IMG/VR virus record: IMGVR_UViG_3300015199_000002
Location: 1-64,000 of that record
Source: a virus
Length of the DNA: 64,000 bases
Direction: 5' to 3' (one strand)
Shown here: piece by piece, positions 38,227 to 48,096 of the stretch
Layout of the letters: every line of letters starts with the position of its first letter
Numbering within the stretch: position 1 is the stretch's first letter
The notes under the pieces: model-generated
Database searches by the model: none
What the model was told of the DNA's origin: nothing
Seen by the model: only the letters and a program-made list of their open reading frames with translations
Program-made: the position numbers and the translations under genes

Positions 38227-39693
38227 TTATACTTCTTGTCCGCAAATAGTGCTGTAAACATCCTGAGATTGATTATCTCTATTTGTCACCGCAACACGAA
38301 CTCGAACACCTGCCGCAACAGAAATAGGATCTTGAAGCGTAATGCTCATATTAGGAGTAGCCGTTGAATTGAATTGCACAAACTTAGAAGTAAATACTCC
38401 GGTCGCAACTCCAGTTTCAATTTCCACTTCAATTTTAGCTTTACCAGAGCCGGTAGCTTCGATTTGTTTCAAAAGAAGAGTTTTACCGGCGGTAACAGTG
38501 TAATCGTGGTTATTAGTAGCGTTAGCGGCCAACGTAGCAACCGTTTTATAATCATCAACTGCAGTTCCCAGAGGAGCTGAAGATAAAGTAACAGGAACAG
38601 GATTAGTACTAGATACGTCAGCCCCCGCAACAGCTAAGTTAGCCGCTACGCGAAGTGTCTGAGCTCCAGTTGCCCCGTTATTGAAATCAGCTGCCCCGGT
38701 GGCATTACCAATTTGAGCGGCAGATCTTACTGTATTAGCTCCAACAGTTCCATAGTTTGTGTCTACAGTAGTAGGAAAATTAGTGGAGGTGGTTGTTAGC
38801 GTTATACTGGTGGTGATGTCAACCTTAGATTCGCCGGAAGCTGTGAAGCTTTGGCTATTGGTACCATCTGTTAGCTTAACTGGCCACGCGTTGGCTATAG
38901 TATTAGGAGCTCCTTGATTGGAGGTAGTTCTTAAAGTTTGAGCTCCGGTGGCTCCCGCGTTGAAGTCAGCAGCTCCAGTTGCGTTACCAATTTGAGAGGC
39001 TGCTCTTAGAGTTTGAGCCCCGACAGTTCCGAAATTAAAGTCTGCAGCGCCTGTGGCGTTACCGATTTGGGCAGCGGTTCGGGGAGTATTTGCTCCAACA
39101 GTTCCGTAGTTATGGTCGTCGGTTGATGTGACGGTTGCGGTAACAAGAAGTCTACCACTAGAATCTACTTGAAGAGCCGCTTGCTGTCCGTTAGTTAAAG
39201 TGGGAAGAACAGTATTAAACTGGCCTCCCGTTAGCTGAGAGAATGAAGCAACTGTTCCTGGAGCCACTGGGCCATCAGATTGATCTTTAGTAATCCAAGG
39301 AGAGGTTCCTTGAGTCGTTGTTACAGTTCCCGACACCACCCAAGGGCTGGTTGATTGAGTAACCGCTACAGTCGCGGGAAAATTGTCTACGTTTACATGA
39401 AGATTAGCTCCAGAAGGTTGAACTACAGTAACCGTGTCTGAAGATGTTAGCGCTCTAATAGTACGAGGGTCAATTTGAACCCCGGCTACGTTAATACCAA
39501 CGTCTAGAGCTCGTTGAGCTCCATTAGTTTGTGATGTTAGACCATTCCCTGCGGCGTCGTCTAGTTTTGTTGTTATCTTACCAGCAGCATCTACTGCTAG
39601 AGCTTGGGATGTAATTGTTCCGTCTACGATCTTGGCGGCTACGTCTCCGTTATTTTCTGTTCTTACTGGCAGGCTGCTATTATAATCACTCAT
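38227..39693 (-). CDS. Repeat-containing fibre/structural protein
   Basis: Same GTVGAxTxRxAAQIGNATGAADFN repeats; SPWVVSGTV motifs. Confidence 0.7.
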   Translation of the reverse strand: MSDYNSSLPVRTENNGDVAAKIVDGTITSQALAVDAAGKITTKLDDAAGNGLTSQTNGAQRALDVGINVAGVQIDPRTIRALTSSDTVTVVQPSGANLHVNVDNFPATVAVTQSTSPWVVSGTVTTTQGTSPWITKDQSDGPVAPGTVASFSQLTGGQFNTVLPTLTNGQQAALQVDSSGRLLVTATVTSTDDHNYGTVGANTPRTAAQIGNATGAADFNFGTVGAQTLRAASQIGNATGAADFNAGATGAQTLRTTSNQGAPNTIANAWPVKLTDGTNSQSFTASGESKVDITTSITLTTTSTNFPTTVDTNYGTVGANTVRSAAQIGNATGAADFNNGATGAQTLRVAANLAVAGADVSSTNPVPVTLSSAPLGTAVDDYKTVATLAANATNNHDYTVTAGKTLLLKQIEATGSGKAKIEVEIETGVATGVFTSKFVQFNSTATPNMSITLQDPISVAAGVRVRVAVTNRDNQSQDVYSTICGQEV

Positions 39694-39694
39694 G

Positions 39695-39874
39695 CTATCT
39701 CAGGTCCCTTACTTTTTCAGTTAGTTCTTTTTCTTTGTCTTCTTGTATCTTTACGTGCTCTTTCATCCTATCGATACTTTCGGATGCTTCTTCAATCCGA
39801 ACTTCCAGGTTCAGTTTAGCGGAATGAACTGCGGCCAACTCGGCCTTAATTTTCTTTATTTCTAGGGGAGTCAT
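39695..39874 (-). CDS. Small coiled-coil protein (59 aa)
   Basis: Manual: MTPLEIKKIKAELAAVHSAKLNLEVRIEE...; TAATG coupling; fills the gap exactly. Confidence 0.7.
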   Translation of the reverse strand: MTPLEIKKIKAELAAVHSAKLNLEVRIEEASESIDRMKEHVKIQEDKEKELTEKVRDLR

Positions 39875-40614
39875 TAACTTATCTCCAATATCTGTAATCT
39901 AGCTTCAAATGTTGCGACTGTTGGTCTTGTGTGAAGAACTTGTATTTGCACATTGTCTCCGGCAACCAGCTGAGTTCCGTTGTTGTCCCAAGATAAAAAG
40001 TCAAAAATTTCATTCATGCTTCCAAAAAAAGTTCTTCGGGTGTCCACCACCACGGAATTGAACAATAACGTGAACTTAGCTATATTCTCTCCTGAGACAC
40101 TTGCTTTTTGGAAAACAGCCGTCTTACTTAGAGGGACAGTATACGTAACTACCTGAGTTGTTATGGAGGAGGCTACTCCAGTGACCTCGTTGTAGGCGTT
40201 AATGACCTTGGTATTCGAGGGGATACTGCCGCCGGGGATTGTATATAAGCTGCCGTCAGGGGCAACCTTTAGTCCTATTAGGTCGGTCCCATCGGTGCCC
40301 CCTATTAGGGTCGCCTGGACGGGCGGAGGAGCTCCCGTAGGTCCTACAGAAGGATTCACGGCAGAGATCGTGCCTGAGACCTGTACTGTACCGTCGGGAG
40401 CTACTCTGATGGCGGCCTGAGGGCCGGTTAAGGTGCCGTCTGTGGTCCCAACCACTACTATGCTGTCTTCTTGGGATGTTATGACGAGAGTCTGCTGCCC
40501 GCCGATATTGACCGACGCGTCTATAGTCGTGCGGAGCTGATCATTAGGCTCGTCGTAGACTCGCTGAAGTATCTGCTGTTCACTAAGTTTAGTGATGTTT
40601 GGGTTTTTAGCCAT
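39874..40614 (-). CDS. Fibre-associated protein, paralogue C
   Basis: MAKNPNITKLSEQQILQRVYDEPNDQLR. Confidence 0.7.
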   Translation of the reverse strand: MAKNPNITKLSEQQILQRVYDEPNDQLRTTIDASVNIGGQQTLVITSQEDSIVVVGTTDGTLTGPQAAIRVAPDGTVQVSGTISAVNPSVGPTGAPPPVQATLIGGTDGTDLIGLKVAPDGSLYTIPGGSIPSNTKVINAYNEVTGVASSITTQVVTYTVPLSKTAVFQKASVSGENIAKFTLLFNSVVVDTRRTFFGSMNEIFDFLSWDNNGTQLVAGDNVQIQVLHTRPTVATFEARLQILEIS

Positions 40615-40631
40615 GGCGAGTATCCTTCTAA

Positions 40632-40728
40632 ATGTCGCAATTCAACTATTGCGACAATTTATGTCGCAATTCAACTATTGCGACAATTTATGTCGCAATT
40701 CAACTATTGCGACAATTTATGTCGCAAT
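40632..40728. repeat. 29-bp palindromic tandem repeat, 3.3 perfect copies
   Basis: ATGTCGCAATTCAACTATTGCGACAATTT x3 + ATGTCGCAAT. Confidence 0.97.
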
Positions 40729-40729
40729 A

Positions 40730-41683
40730 CTACACTCCCATGTTTCTTTTGCGCTTCGTGAACTCTCTCCAGCTTCCTCGATCTTGAGCGGGAGGGGCTT
40801 CAGTCTGCGATTCAGCGGGCTTAGAGAACTTGGGGTTCGCACTCTTCAATTGCTTCACCTTGGCTTTGGTGATGGCCTTGATGATGTCTTCTCCGAATAG
40901 CGAGATCAGTTTGTCTCCGTCGAGCGCTCCGTCTGCGCCTTTGTACCCGGATACGCGTTCTTGGAACTCTTTGTCATAGTCTTCGCGAGCGATCTTAGCG
41001 AGCTGTTCGGCAGGCATTTCCCAGCCGTTCTTGTTGCTAACGCGTTGAAGTTGTGCCATTCGTGCAATTGACCATGGAGTCTTAGGAACACCGGAGTCTT
41101 CTAATGCTTTTGTGAACAGTTTGTCAAGGCGGGTAATCTGTGCACGTTCTTCAGCCGTTGCAGCTTCCCGTTTCTTGGATTCTTCTCTTACCAACTCCGC
41201 TCTCTTAGCTTCTTCTGCGCGCTCAGCTTCTTTGGCTTCATAGGAGCGAACTTTTTCTTCGAGTTCGCGTTCTTTCTTAGCCGCAGGAGATTCTTGTTCT
41301 CGTTTGATAATTTCAGTGAGAGTTTCTTCTGAGAACTTGCGGAGGTCGATACCGAGTTTCTCCATGGCGACTTTTGGGTTCTCTTTAAGCATCTTGAGAA
41401 CGGCTTCGGTTTCTTTCCGGGACATCGCAGCGTCTTGAAATCTGCGGTTAGCTACTGAAGCCTGCTGAGCTAACTTAATCACGTCTTCTTCTGGAAGTTC
41501 AATATCTGCACCCTCAAGTTTCAACTTGAGTTTGCGAATTTCTTTAGCGGTGGGAGCAGGAGCTTCTGCTGCCGCGGGCGCCGCTACCTTTTCTGTGGCT
41601 GGAGCTACCTTGGTGACGTCTGAAGCCAACGAAGGCGTACTTGCGGGCGGGGCTACTGCTGGGGTTTCTACTGATTGTGACAT
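40730..41683 (-). CDS. Capsid scaffolding protein
   Basis: Disordered N-terminus, KLKLEGADIEL motif, coiled coil; follows portal. Confidence 0.75.
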   Translation of the reverse strand: MSQSVETPAVAPPASTPSLASDVTKVAPATEKVAAPAAAEAPAPTAKEIRKLKLKLEGADIELPEEDVIKLAQQASVANRRFQDAAMSRKETEAVLKMLKENPKVAMEKLGIDLRKFSEETLTEIIKREQESPAAKKERELEEKVRSYEAKEAERAEEAKRAELVREESKKREAATAEERAQITRLDKLFTKALEDSGVPKTPWSIARMAQLQRVSNKNGWEMPAEQLAKIAREDYDKEFQERVSGYKGADGALDGDKLISLFGEDIIKAITKAKVKQLKSANPKFSKPAESQTEAPPAQDRGSWREFTKRKRNMGV

Positions 41684-42369
41684 TTTGATGTCTCCTTTTT
41701 AGTTATTAATTGCGCGTTGTAGTATGTCAGGGTTGAAGTGTTTTCTTGCCGCCCCAACAACATGGCGGAAAGAGTCTGCTGTGTAATTTTTATTTTTGAA
41801 GCCGCAGACTTTATAGATTCAAATATTTCTCCAGTAACAGAGTCTACTATTTTTATTCGGCTGTGCGCCGGATGACTTATGCCTTTTTTGGCAGCGCTCA
41901 TTTTTGCTCTAGTTTCTTCCGACCTTACTGCTCCTAGGGCATTCTTATTGCCCGCGAGTGCTTTAGATATTTTAATCCCGGTCGCTGCTGGCCTTTTAAG
42001 TCCTAGATGTCCGTTTGGTTTTCCAGTTTTAGATTCTGAAAGCTTTCTTCTCATTTCTTCCGATCTTACTAACCCCTTAATGCCGGTGGAGTTATCGCCA
42101 CCTTTGGCTATATTGTAGCCGTCTGGAGTTAGTGCCTGGAAGTAATCTATGAAAAAGATCTCGGAGTCATTCAACTGCTCTTGAGATGCGCACCCGCTCA
42201 CCGTGTCTACGGTGAATGACTCGGCTCCATATTTTTTAATGGCTCTAGATAGCAGCGGGCAGCCACTATTTTTAGCCTTATGTTTTGACCATCGGGCTTC
42301 TAAAGACTGAACGGTCTGCCCTATGTAGCACTTTCCGTTCACTTTATTTGTGATTTTATATATTACCAT
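41668..42369 (-). CDS. GIY-YIG homing endonuclease with NUMOD3-type repeats
   Basis: VIYKITNKVNGKCYIGQT...PDGYN; paralogue of 6649 gene. Confidence 0.92.
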   Translation of the reverse strand: MVIYKITNKVNGKCYIGQTVQSLEARWSKHKAKNSGCPLLSRAIKKYGAESFTVDTVSGCASQEQLNDSEIFFIDYFQALTPDGYNIAKGGDNSTGIKGLVRSEEMRRKLSESKTGKPNGHLGLKRPAATGIKISKALAGNKNALGAVRSEETRAKMSAAKKGISHPAHSRIKIVDSVTGEIFESIKSAASKIKITQQTLSAMLLGRQENTSTLTYYNAQLITKKETSKCHNQ

Positions 42370-42371
42370 TT

Positions 42372-44453
42372 TTATTGCCCCGTTGATGCTTTCATATTCG
42401 CATATGCTTCTTGCGCCGCCGGTGTCGCCGCCTTGGGCAAGTTCGGCAATCCGGACGGCTTAATGGACTCGGCCTGCTGCATCCCGGGAGGGGTCGGGTT
42501 CTGCGTAGCTGGCATACCTGGTCCTGGAGGGCCGACAGGCTTTGGCGGACCCCCCTGTCCTGGAGGAGGGGGCGAGGCGGCTTGGCCAGGAGCAGGAGGG
42601 GCGCCTGGAGGCGGCATAGGAGTAAGCGGAGTCTGACCGAGAAGCGTCAGAAGCTGAGGGTCGCCGTTCTTAAGGGCGTCAATGTGGTCCTGGATATGCT
42701 TGGTCACTGCGTTGACAATAGCCGGCGTACTTCTTGCTTCTGGCGAGTCCAGGCAGGTAGAATGCTCCTTGATGTGCTCAACATGCTGGTCTGTGATAAC
42801 GACCATAACATTTTTACCGTCCTGGAGATCTTCGTTCTCACTTCGGATGTTTAGGATCTGGCTGGTCTCGTGCTCATACAAGGAGTCAATAGTGCCGGTG
42901 GTGATCACTTCGAAGTAATGGGCGGGGTTCGTGATCATTTTGTTCTGGAGAAGATCCTGCGCTTCCTGCAATCTTCCAGCAGGTGTTTTTGAGATAGGGT
43001 TAACTGTCTCAACGCACACTCTGTTGATGCCGTCAAGGTCGGATCCTTTGAATGCCTGCACTCGGAACCGGTTGCTTTTTCCGGCGATGCTTGCAATTCT
43101 CGGTGTTGCTGCATAGTCCTGTAGGATCTCAATCAACCCAGTGCCGACGTCCTCTAGGAGTCGGTTATAGGATTGCTGCAGGCCACTGTTGAATTGCACC
43201 GCTTGGGCGGCAACGAGGGCTAGGGCTGCGCCAGAGTGAAGGGAACTTTCCGGGTTACCGCGGGCGACACTGTTGATACCGGAGAGGGTTTCCATCAAGT
43301 GCTGAACTCGGTCAAGCTGACTGAAGATTTCAGCCGGGGTTTGCACCAGGTTCAGGGGCTCTGGTTTTCCGATGTTCTTATCATACTCAATGGCATTCAA
43401 GCCTTGAGCAAGAGCCACTACGTTGATCTCAGCACCACGAGGAATCAGGATGTTCTGAGTCCCGTAGTTCATCTGGTTGGTGGTGATGATAGACATCAAG
43501 GAGCTATAGATCTTCTGTAGCCCCATCAGGTCATAGGCCACCGTGTATCCGAACGGGGTACCAAAGAATTCAGCGGGAGCTATGCGGTAGATAGGAATAT
43601 GTTTGAATGCTAAGGGTCCATCGTTAAGATAGACGTCAACGTCAACAAATTCCATCTGCCGGCCGTTGGGAAGAGCAGGGGTGGGTTCGTGATAGAACTT
43701 ATACACCGGGATATAGTCGCCGTTAGTGTATGCATCGAATGTCAGGAATGAGTACCGGGAAAAGTAGTCAGGCGACTTAGATATGGACAGGATGTCGTTG
43801 GATTTGTCTGGGTACTTTGCTGCCAGATCGTATTTATTCTTAAACTCGCGTACGCACTTCCACGGCGGTCCTGCATTTGATTCTGACCAGCACTCGCGGA
43901 TCACGTCTAGAGGATGGAACGTGTTGAACACTGCGTCGCCGTCGTAGATGGGCTGTCCATTTTCTCCAACATCGTAGATCTGCCCTTTTGTGGCATCCCA
44001 GTCAAGAGTTACAAACCCCTCGCCTGAGATAATCGCTAGCTCTGTTGCCCTCTTTAATTCTATCTCGAGCCTTTTCTCCATCATGTAATAATCAAGTACT
44101 GAGCGGGCCAGAATTGTCTGATTAGCAGACTTAGAGTCGGTATTTTGCGCCGTCGGCTGAAGTGCAGGCCGTTGCGATGTAGTTAAGGTGAGAAGATTCT
44201 GAAGAAGGGAGCGGTAGTGATTGGGAATGCTGACGTAAAGTTCGCCATTCATGCCGCCTTGGTTTAATTTCGAACTATCCATTCCGGCCTGGGTGATCCC
44301 ATAATATGCTAAGTAGGATCTCTTCCACTTATCCAAGAATTGGAATTTTGAGGTGAACATGTAAAAGTCCATAATTTTTTTGCTGAGGGTTCTGGTAAGG
44401 TCTTCAGGAGAAGCTGCTCCCCAATATTGGTCTGTCGTTGCGCCGATACTCAT
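42372..44453 (-). CDS. Portal protein
   Basis: Follows TerL; ETLSGINSVARG...SGAAL P22-like portal pattern; Pro-rich tail. Confidence 0.85.
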   Translation of the reverse strand: MSIGATTDQYWGAASPEDLTRTLSKKIMDFYMFTSKFQFLDKWKRSYLAYYGITQAGMDSSKLNQGGMNGELYVSIPNHYRSLLQNLLTLTTSQRPALQPTAQNTDSKSANQTILARSVLDYYMMEKRLEIELKRATELAIISGEGFVTLDWDATKGQIYDVGENGQPIYDGDAVFNTFHPLDVIRECWSESNAGPPWKCVREFKNKYDLAAKYPDKSNDILSISKSPDYFSRYSFLTFDAYTNGDYIPVYKFYHEPTPALPNGRQMEFVDVDVYLNDGPLAFKHIPIYRIAPAEFFGTPFGYTVAYDLMGLQKIYSSLMSIITTNQMNYGTQNILIPRGAEINVVALAQGLNAIEYDKNIGKPEPLNLVQTPAEIFSQLDRVQHLMETLSGINSVARGNPESSLHSGAALALVAAQAVQFNSGLQQSYNRLLEDVGTGLIEILQDYAATPRIASIAGKSNRFRVQAFKGSDLDGINRVCVETVNPISKTPAGRLQEAQDLLQNKMITNPAHYFEVITTGTIDSLYEHETSQILNIRSENEDLQDGKNVMVVITDQHVEHIKEHSTCLDSPEARSTPAIVNAVTKHIQDHIDALKNGDPQLLTLLGQTPLTPMPPPGAPPAPGQAASPPPPGQGGPPKPVGPPGPGMPATQNPTPPGMQQAESIKPSGLPNLPKAATPAAQEAYANMKASTGQ

Positions 44454-44459
44454 TGTTAA

Positions 44460-46001
44460 TTATCTCCTGAACTTTCTATCTTTTGAATTTGAAAATACGC
44501 TGGGCATCTGTGCTGCCAAGTCTCTCTGCGCCGGCTCCTCTTTTGGAGCAAGAAGTTTCTTTAGGCCTGACATCGACGCATTGTTGTATCTGTCATCTTT
44601 TATGACCATGCCGCGAACATTTAACTTATAGTTCGGTGGGAACGGGTTGCTGTATCTGTTTATGTTCCTGACAAAGTACTGGAGCGCGGCTAAGAGGTCG
44701 AAGTGGCCATTCTCGCTGTCTCTGCAGAAGCTTGTCCTGGCCGGATTCCAGGTGGCGTCTTCTATCTGCCCGATAAGTTTCTGGCACCGGGGGTGGATAA
44801 TCAGCTTGTAGCCCTGGATGTCAAGTCGAATAGAATTCGCTTGAGCTTCTACATTGTCTTTGTTCGTAACCATCCCGATCGGGTAACGGTGGACAGTGTT
44901 TATGTCGTTGATCGTGAATGCCTGTCCGTCTGCGATGCGGTTAGTGGCTTTCATGGGCTCTTCTCCCCATAGCGCGACTTCTTTTTCTCTACAGGCTTTC
45001 ACCAGTGTTGCTGAGTTGACGCCCTTAAGTAAAAGTTCGTCTTCGATTACCACGAAGCCCTTGGGAAAGTGATAGTATCCGAATAGGACGCCGCAGAAGT
45101 CAACTAGACCTAAATCGGCAGACACCAGCGAGTGGAAGAAGTCGGGGCGAACGATGTCGTCGCGTACTAGGTGTTCTTTAAATTTTGACCATTCGGGGAT
45201 CACTGCGTTTACTTCGTCAATCAAAAAATTACACAAATATTCTCGTTGAAATGTTGAGCTATTATAGCCGCCGGTCTCTCTATACTGGTCTGCGATTCTG
45301 TCTACGTCTGCCTTGGAAAATTTCTTGACGTCAAGAATAGTCTGCTTTAAGTATAGGCCGTCTTCCTGCGCGCGCCGCGTGAATATCTTTACGAACGGGT
45401 GCCCGGGGGTCATGGGGGCGTTGGATAGCAGGATCATTGCTCCGCCCGTGGTTGTAGTCATGGGAGAAAGAACAGAGTTCACCGCGGTCTCAAGGTGATC
45501 TATGAACCCGGCTTCGTCGACCACGATCTTATGCGCCGTGAGTCCTCGTATCTTTTGAAGTCTTCCGCCATCCAACCCAGTGAGCTTAATAGTAGAGCCG
45601 TTAGTGAAAACGTACTGGTTGTACTGAGTCTTTAGCTTTGCGCGCAAATCTTCTGGGGCATCTTTAAAAATTTCTTGGTACGAAGGAAGGATCATGTCCT
45701 TGACAGCCTTCTGCGTCGCTCCTGTGTATAGAATAAAGCTACCCGGGTGAGTCAGCGCGTATTCTATGCAAATTACGGCTGCCATAAAAGTTTTTCCAGA
45801 GCGTCTGGAGGCGTTTAGAACAAATCTACTGTTAGGGATTTCGGCTGCTTTTTTTATGGCTGCGTACGCAACTTGCTGATGAGACTCTAGCTTCCAGGAA
45901 AGATCGCCCTTCCTCCACAACGAAGCGGTTATCTGACGTCTGGCGGACTCTTTCTTACCGGCTAATTCCTCGGCTGTTATTGTTTCGCTAACGTCTTGCA
46001 T
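44460..46001 (-). CDS. terL: Terminase large subunit
   Basis: SRRSGKT Walker A, VVDEAGF Walker B, FQREYLC, ADLG..D and HFDLLAAL nuclease motifs. Confidence 0.93.
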   Translation of the reverse strand: MQDVSETITAEELAGKKESARRQITASLWRKGDLSWKLESHQQVAYAAIKKAAEIPNSRFVLNASRRSGKTFMAAVICIEYALTHPGSFILYTGATQKAVKDMILPSYQEIFKDAPEDLRAKLKTQYNQYVFTNGSTIKLTGLDGGRLQKIRGLTAHKIVVDEAGFIDHLETAVNSVLSPMTTTTGGAMILLSNAPMTPGHPFVKIFTRRAQEDGLYLKQTILDVKKFSKADVDRIADQYRETGGYNSSTFQREYLCNFLIDEVNAVIPEWSKFKEHLVRDDIVRPDFFHSLVSADLGLVDFCGVLFGYYHFPKGFVVIEDELLLKGVNSATLVKACREKEVALWGEEPMKATNRIADGQAFTINDINTVHRYPIGMVTNKDNVEAQANSIRLDIQGYKLIIHPRCQKLIGQIEDATWNPARTSFCRDSENGHFDLLAALQYFVRNINRYSNPFPPNYKLNVRGMVIKDDRYNNASMSGLKKLLAPKEEPAQRDLAAQMPSVFSNSKDRKFRR

Positions 46002-46004
46002 TGT

Positions 46005-46223
46005 CTATTGCAGTAAAGGCAGCAACGCTTTAAGGTCGTCTGCGCTTAAGTCCTCGTACGGGTCATCTGTGCTTATATTGGCGCCCTTGGCTCTGAGTAG
46101 CATCTTCATCTTGATCAGGGTGGCGAGCTGAACGGTCTCGGCTTCGGTAAGGAGTTCCTTTTCCGACCGATTCTGCAAAAACTGGAGTTGCTGCTCTATG
46201 ATCTTAAGGGGATCTGCTGACAT
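46005..46223 (-). CDS. Small helical protein, possible terminase small subunit
   Basis: Position immediately upstream of terL only. Confidence 0.45.
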   Translation of the reverse strand: MSADPLKIIEQQLQFLQNRSEKELLTEAETVQLATLIKMKMLLRAKGANISTDDPYEDLSADDLKALLPLLQ

Positions 46224-46226
46224 GGC

Positions 46227-46484
46227 CTAGGACCGCCCTCTAATGCCCGCAGCGAGCTTAATTGTGCTTATCTCGTCCTTTAGGGCTTTGAAGTCTGCTT
46301 CCATCACTGCGACCCTGCCAAGGGCCTTGGAATCGACTTTATCGACACCGAAGAAACGGTCAAGATAGTGGCCAGACAGGAACAGGGCGGTGGCTAGGAG
46401 CGGGACCATTTCCCTTGTGACGACTGTGACGGCCGCGAACAATAAGGAAGTTCCGAATAGTACGGAATCTCTATATTTCCACAT
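46227..46484 (-). CDS. Small membrane protein
   Basis: Two hydrophobic segments plus coiled coil. Confidence 0.6.
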   Translation of the reverse strand: MWKYRDSVLFGTSLLFAAVTVVTREMVPLLATALFLSGHYLDRFFGVDKVDSKALGRVAVMEADFKALKDEISTIKLAAGIRGRS

Positions 46485-46762
46485 TAGCGCTTCTTCTTCG
46501 CGCCATTGCAGATATAGTCCTCGAGCTTAACTAACAGGAGTTCCCTGGTATCTTGCTTACTGATTACTTTAGGAACGTTTACGGATTCATCTACTGATAC
46601 TTCGATGATTTCATTGAGGTATCCAGAGATCTTGCGGATTCTGTAATACTTTTGAAGGTCTGCTGAGGAGGCTGTCTTGCTTCGCTCCGAAGGGCCTGTC
46701 GTATCGCCACTTTTTATTTCAGATTGTTCGTGGGCGGATTTGGCGGTCATTGGTGCGGGCAT
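46484..46762 (-). CDS. Hypothetical protein, first gene of late region
   Basis: RBS GGAG; TAATG coupling to next gene. Confidence 0.6.
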   Translation of the reverse strand: MPAPMTAKSAHEQSEIKSGDTTGPSERSKTASSADLQKYYRIRKISGYLNEIIEVSVDESVNVPKVISKQDTRELLLVKLEDYICNGAKKKR

Positions 46763-46815
46763 TTGATTGTCTCCGGGTGCATTCGCTCATAATCGAGTAG
46801 AATGGTCCTGATTAA

Positions 46816-46823
46816 GAGGGACA
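46816..46823 (-). promoter_or_regulatory. TGTCCCTC motif at head of packaging operon
   Basis: Intergenic, ~55 nt upstream of first late gene. Confidence 0.5.
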
Positions 46824-46894
46824 ATACTCTGGATATTATTTTGTTGCTAAATCAGGATAACTTTGGCATACTTGATAGACGTTAGAGGTAACTA

Positions 46895-47518
46895 TTGAAG
46901 ATTATTGCTTTAAGCGACACACACTCCCTGCACGATAGAATAAAAGTTCCTAACGGAGACGTTTTGGTTCACGCGGGGGACTTCTGTAATAGTGGATCCT
47001 GGGATGATCTTGTCCGGTTCAACGATTGGCTGGGAACTCTGCCTCACAAACATAAGCTGGTCACCGCAGGGAACCACGATAGATGCGTTCAATATGACCT
47101 AGAGCATGCTAGGTCGCTATTGAGCAATGCGACGTTGCTCATTGACGAAGAGATTACGATCGATGGTGTAAGATTCTATATGTCGCCCTGGTCCCCTACG
47201 TTCGGCTATTGGGCATGGATGGCGCACCGCGGTGAAGACATCGCTGCTAAGTGGGCGAAGATACCGCTAGGGGTTGATGTACTCGTTACGCACGGGCCGG
47301 CCTATGGGATCCTGGATTTCATTCCTGACCAGAACCGGCACGTGGGGTGCGAAGAGCTGCTCAAGAGGGTAATGGTAGTGCGGCCGAAAGTGCATATTGC
47401 AGCCCATATCCACGAAGGATACGGAAAGAAGACAATAAATTACACTAAGTTCTATAACGTGGCGTCCTGCGACGGAAACTACAATCCAGTAAATAAGCCT
47501 AAGGTGATTAATATATGA
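46895..47518 (+). CDS. Calcineurin-like metallophosphoesterase
   Basis: SDTH, HAGD, AGNHD, THGP, HIH; upstream TTGCTA-N17-CATACT. Confidence 0.92.
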   Translation: MKIIALSDTHSLHDRIKVPNGDVLVHAGDFCNSGSWDDLVRFNDWLGTLPHKHKLVTAGNHDRCVQYDLEHARSLLSNATLLIDEEITIDGVRFYMSPWSPTFGYWAWMAHRGEDIAAKWAKIPLGVDVLVTHGPAYGILDFIPDQNRHVGCEELLKRVMVVRPKVHIAAHIHEGYGKKTINYTKFYNVASCDGNYNPVNKPKVINI

Positions 47519-48096
47519 TCTGGTTTACTAGCGATCTCCATTTCGGCCACGAAGCAGTTATTGGATATTCTAAGCGCCCGTTTGACTCTCTAGAAGACAT
47601 GCACACAGAGTTAATTTTACGCTGGAACGAGTGCGTCCAACCAGAAGACACGGTTTATGTTCTAGGAGACTTGGCACTTTGTCCTTACCAGATTTTCGAG
47701 CCAATCGCCACGCGACTCAAGGGTAAAAAGGTTCTGGTAAAAGGAAATCACGACAGTTACTCCAATGGGCAGTACGAACGCGCCGGGTTCCAAGTATTTG
47801 ATGAGATTAAGATGAAGATAGCGGGGCAAGTATGCAGGCTGTCACACTTTCCGTACCGGTTGCCTTGGTATATGCGACCCTTTGCGTATAAATCGGAACT
47901 TAGATTCATGGACCGCAGGCCCCCCAGGATTCCAGGAGAGATACTTTTGCACGGGCACTCACACGTAAAGTACAAGTACGCCGACAGCAGGATACATGTG
48001 GGAGTAGATGCTTGGGATTTTTACCCAGCGTCGGTACGAGAAATAGAATCTATAATCAATAAAATGTCAAAGAAACCTACCTCAGAAACTCCCTAA
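47515..48096 (+). CDS. Calcineurin-like metallophosphoesterase
   Basis: FTSDLHFGH, LGD, KGNHD, HGHSH, VGVD. Confidence 0.92.
   Translation: MIWFTSDLHFGHEAVIGYSKRPFDSLEDMHTELILRWNECVQPEDTVYVLGDLALCPYQIFEPIATRLKGKKVLVKGNHDSYSNGQYERAGFQVFDEIKMKIAGQVCRLSHFPYRLPWYMRPFAYKSELRFMDRRPPRIPGEILLHGHSHVKYKYADSRIHVGVDAWDFYPASVREIESIINKMSKKPTSETP

Noticed and set aside
40632-40728. CRISPR array
   Set aside because: Units are contiguous and identical, with no spacers and no cas genes
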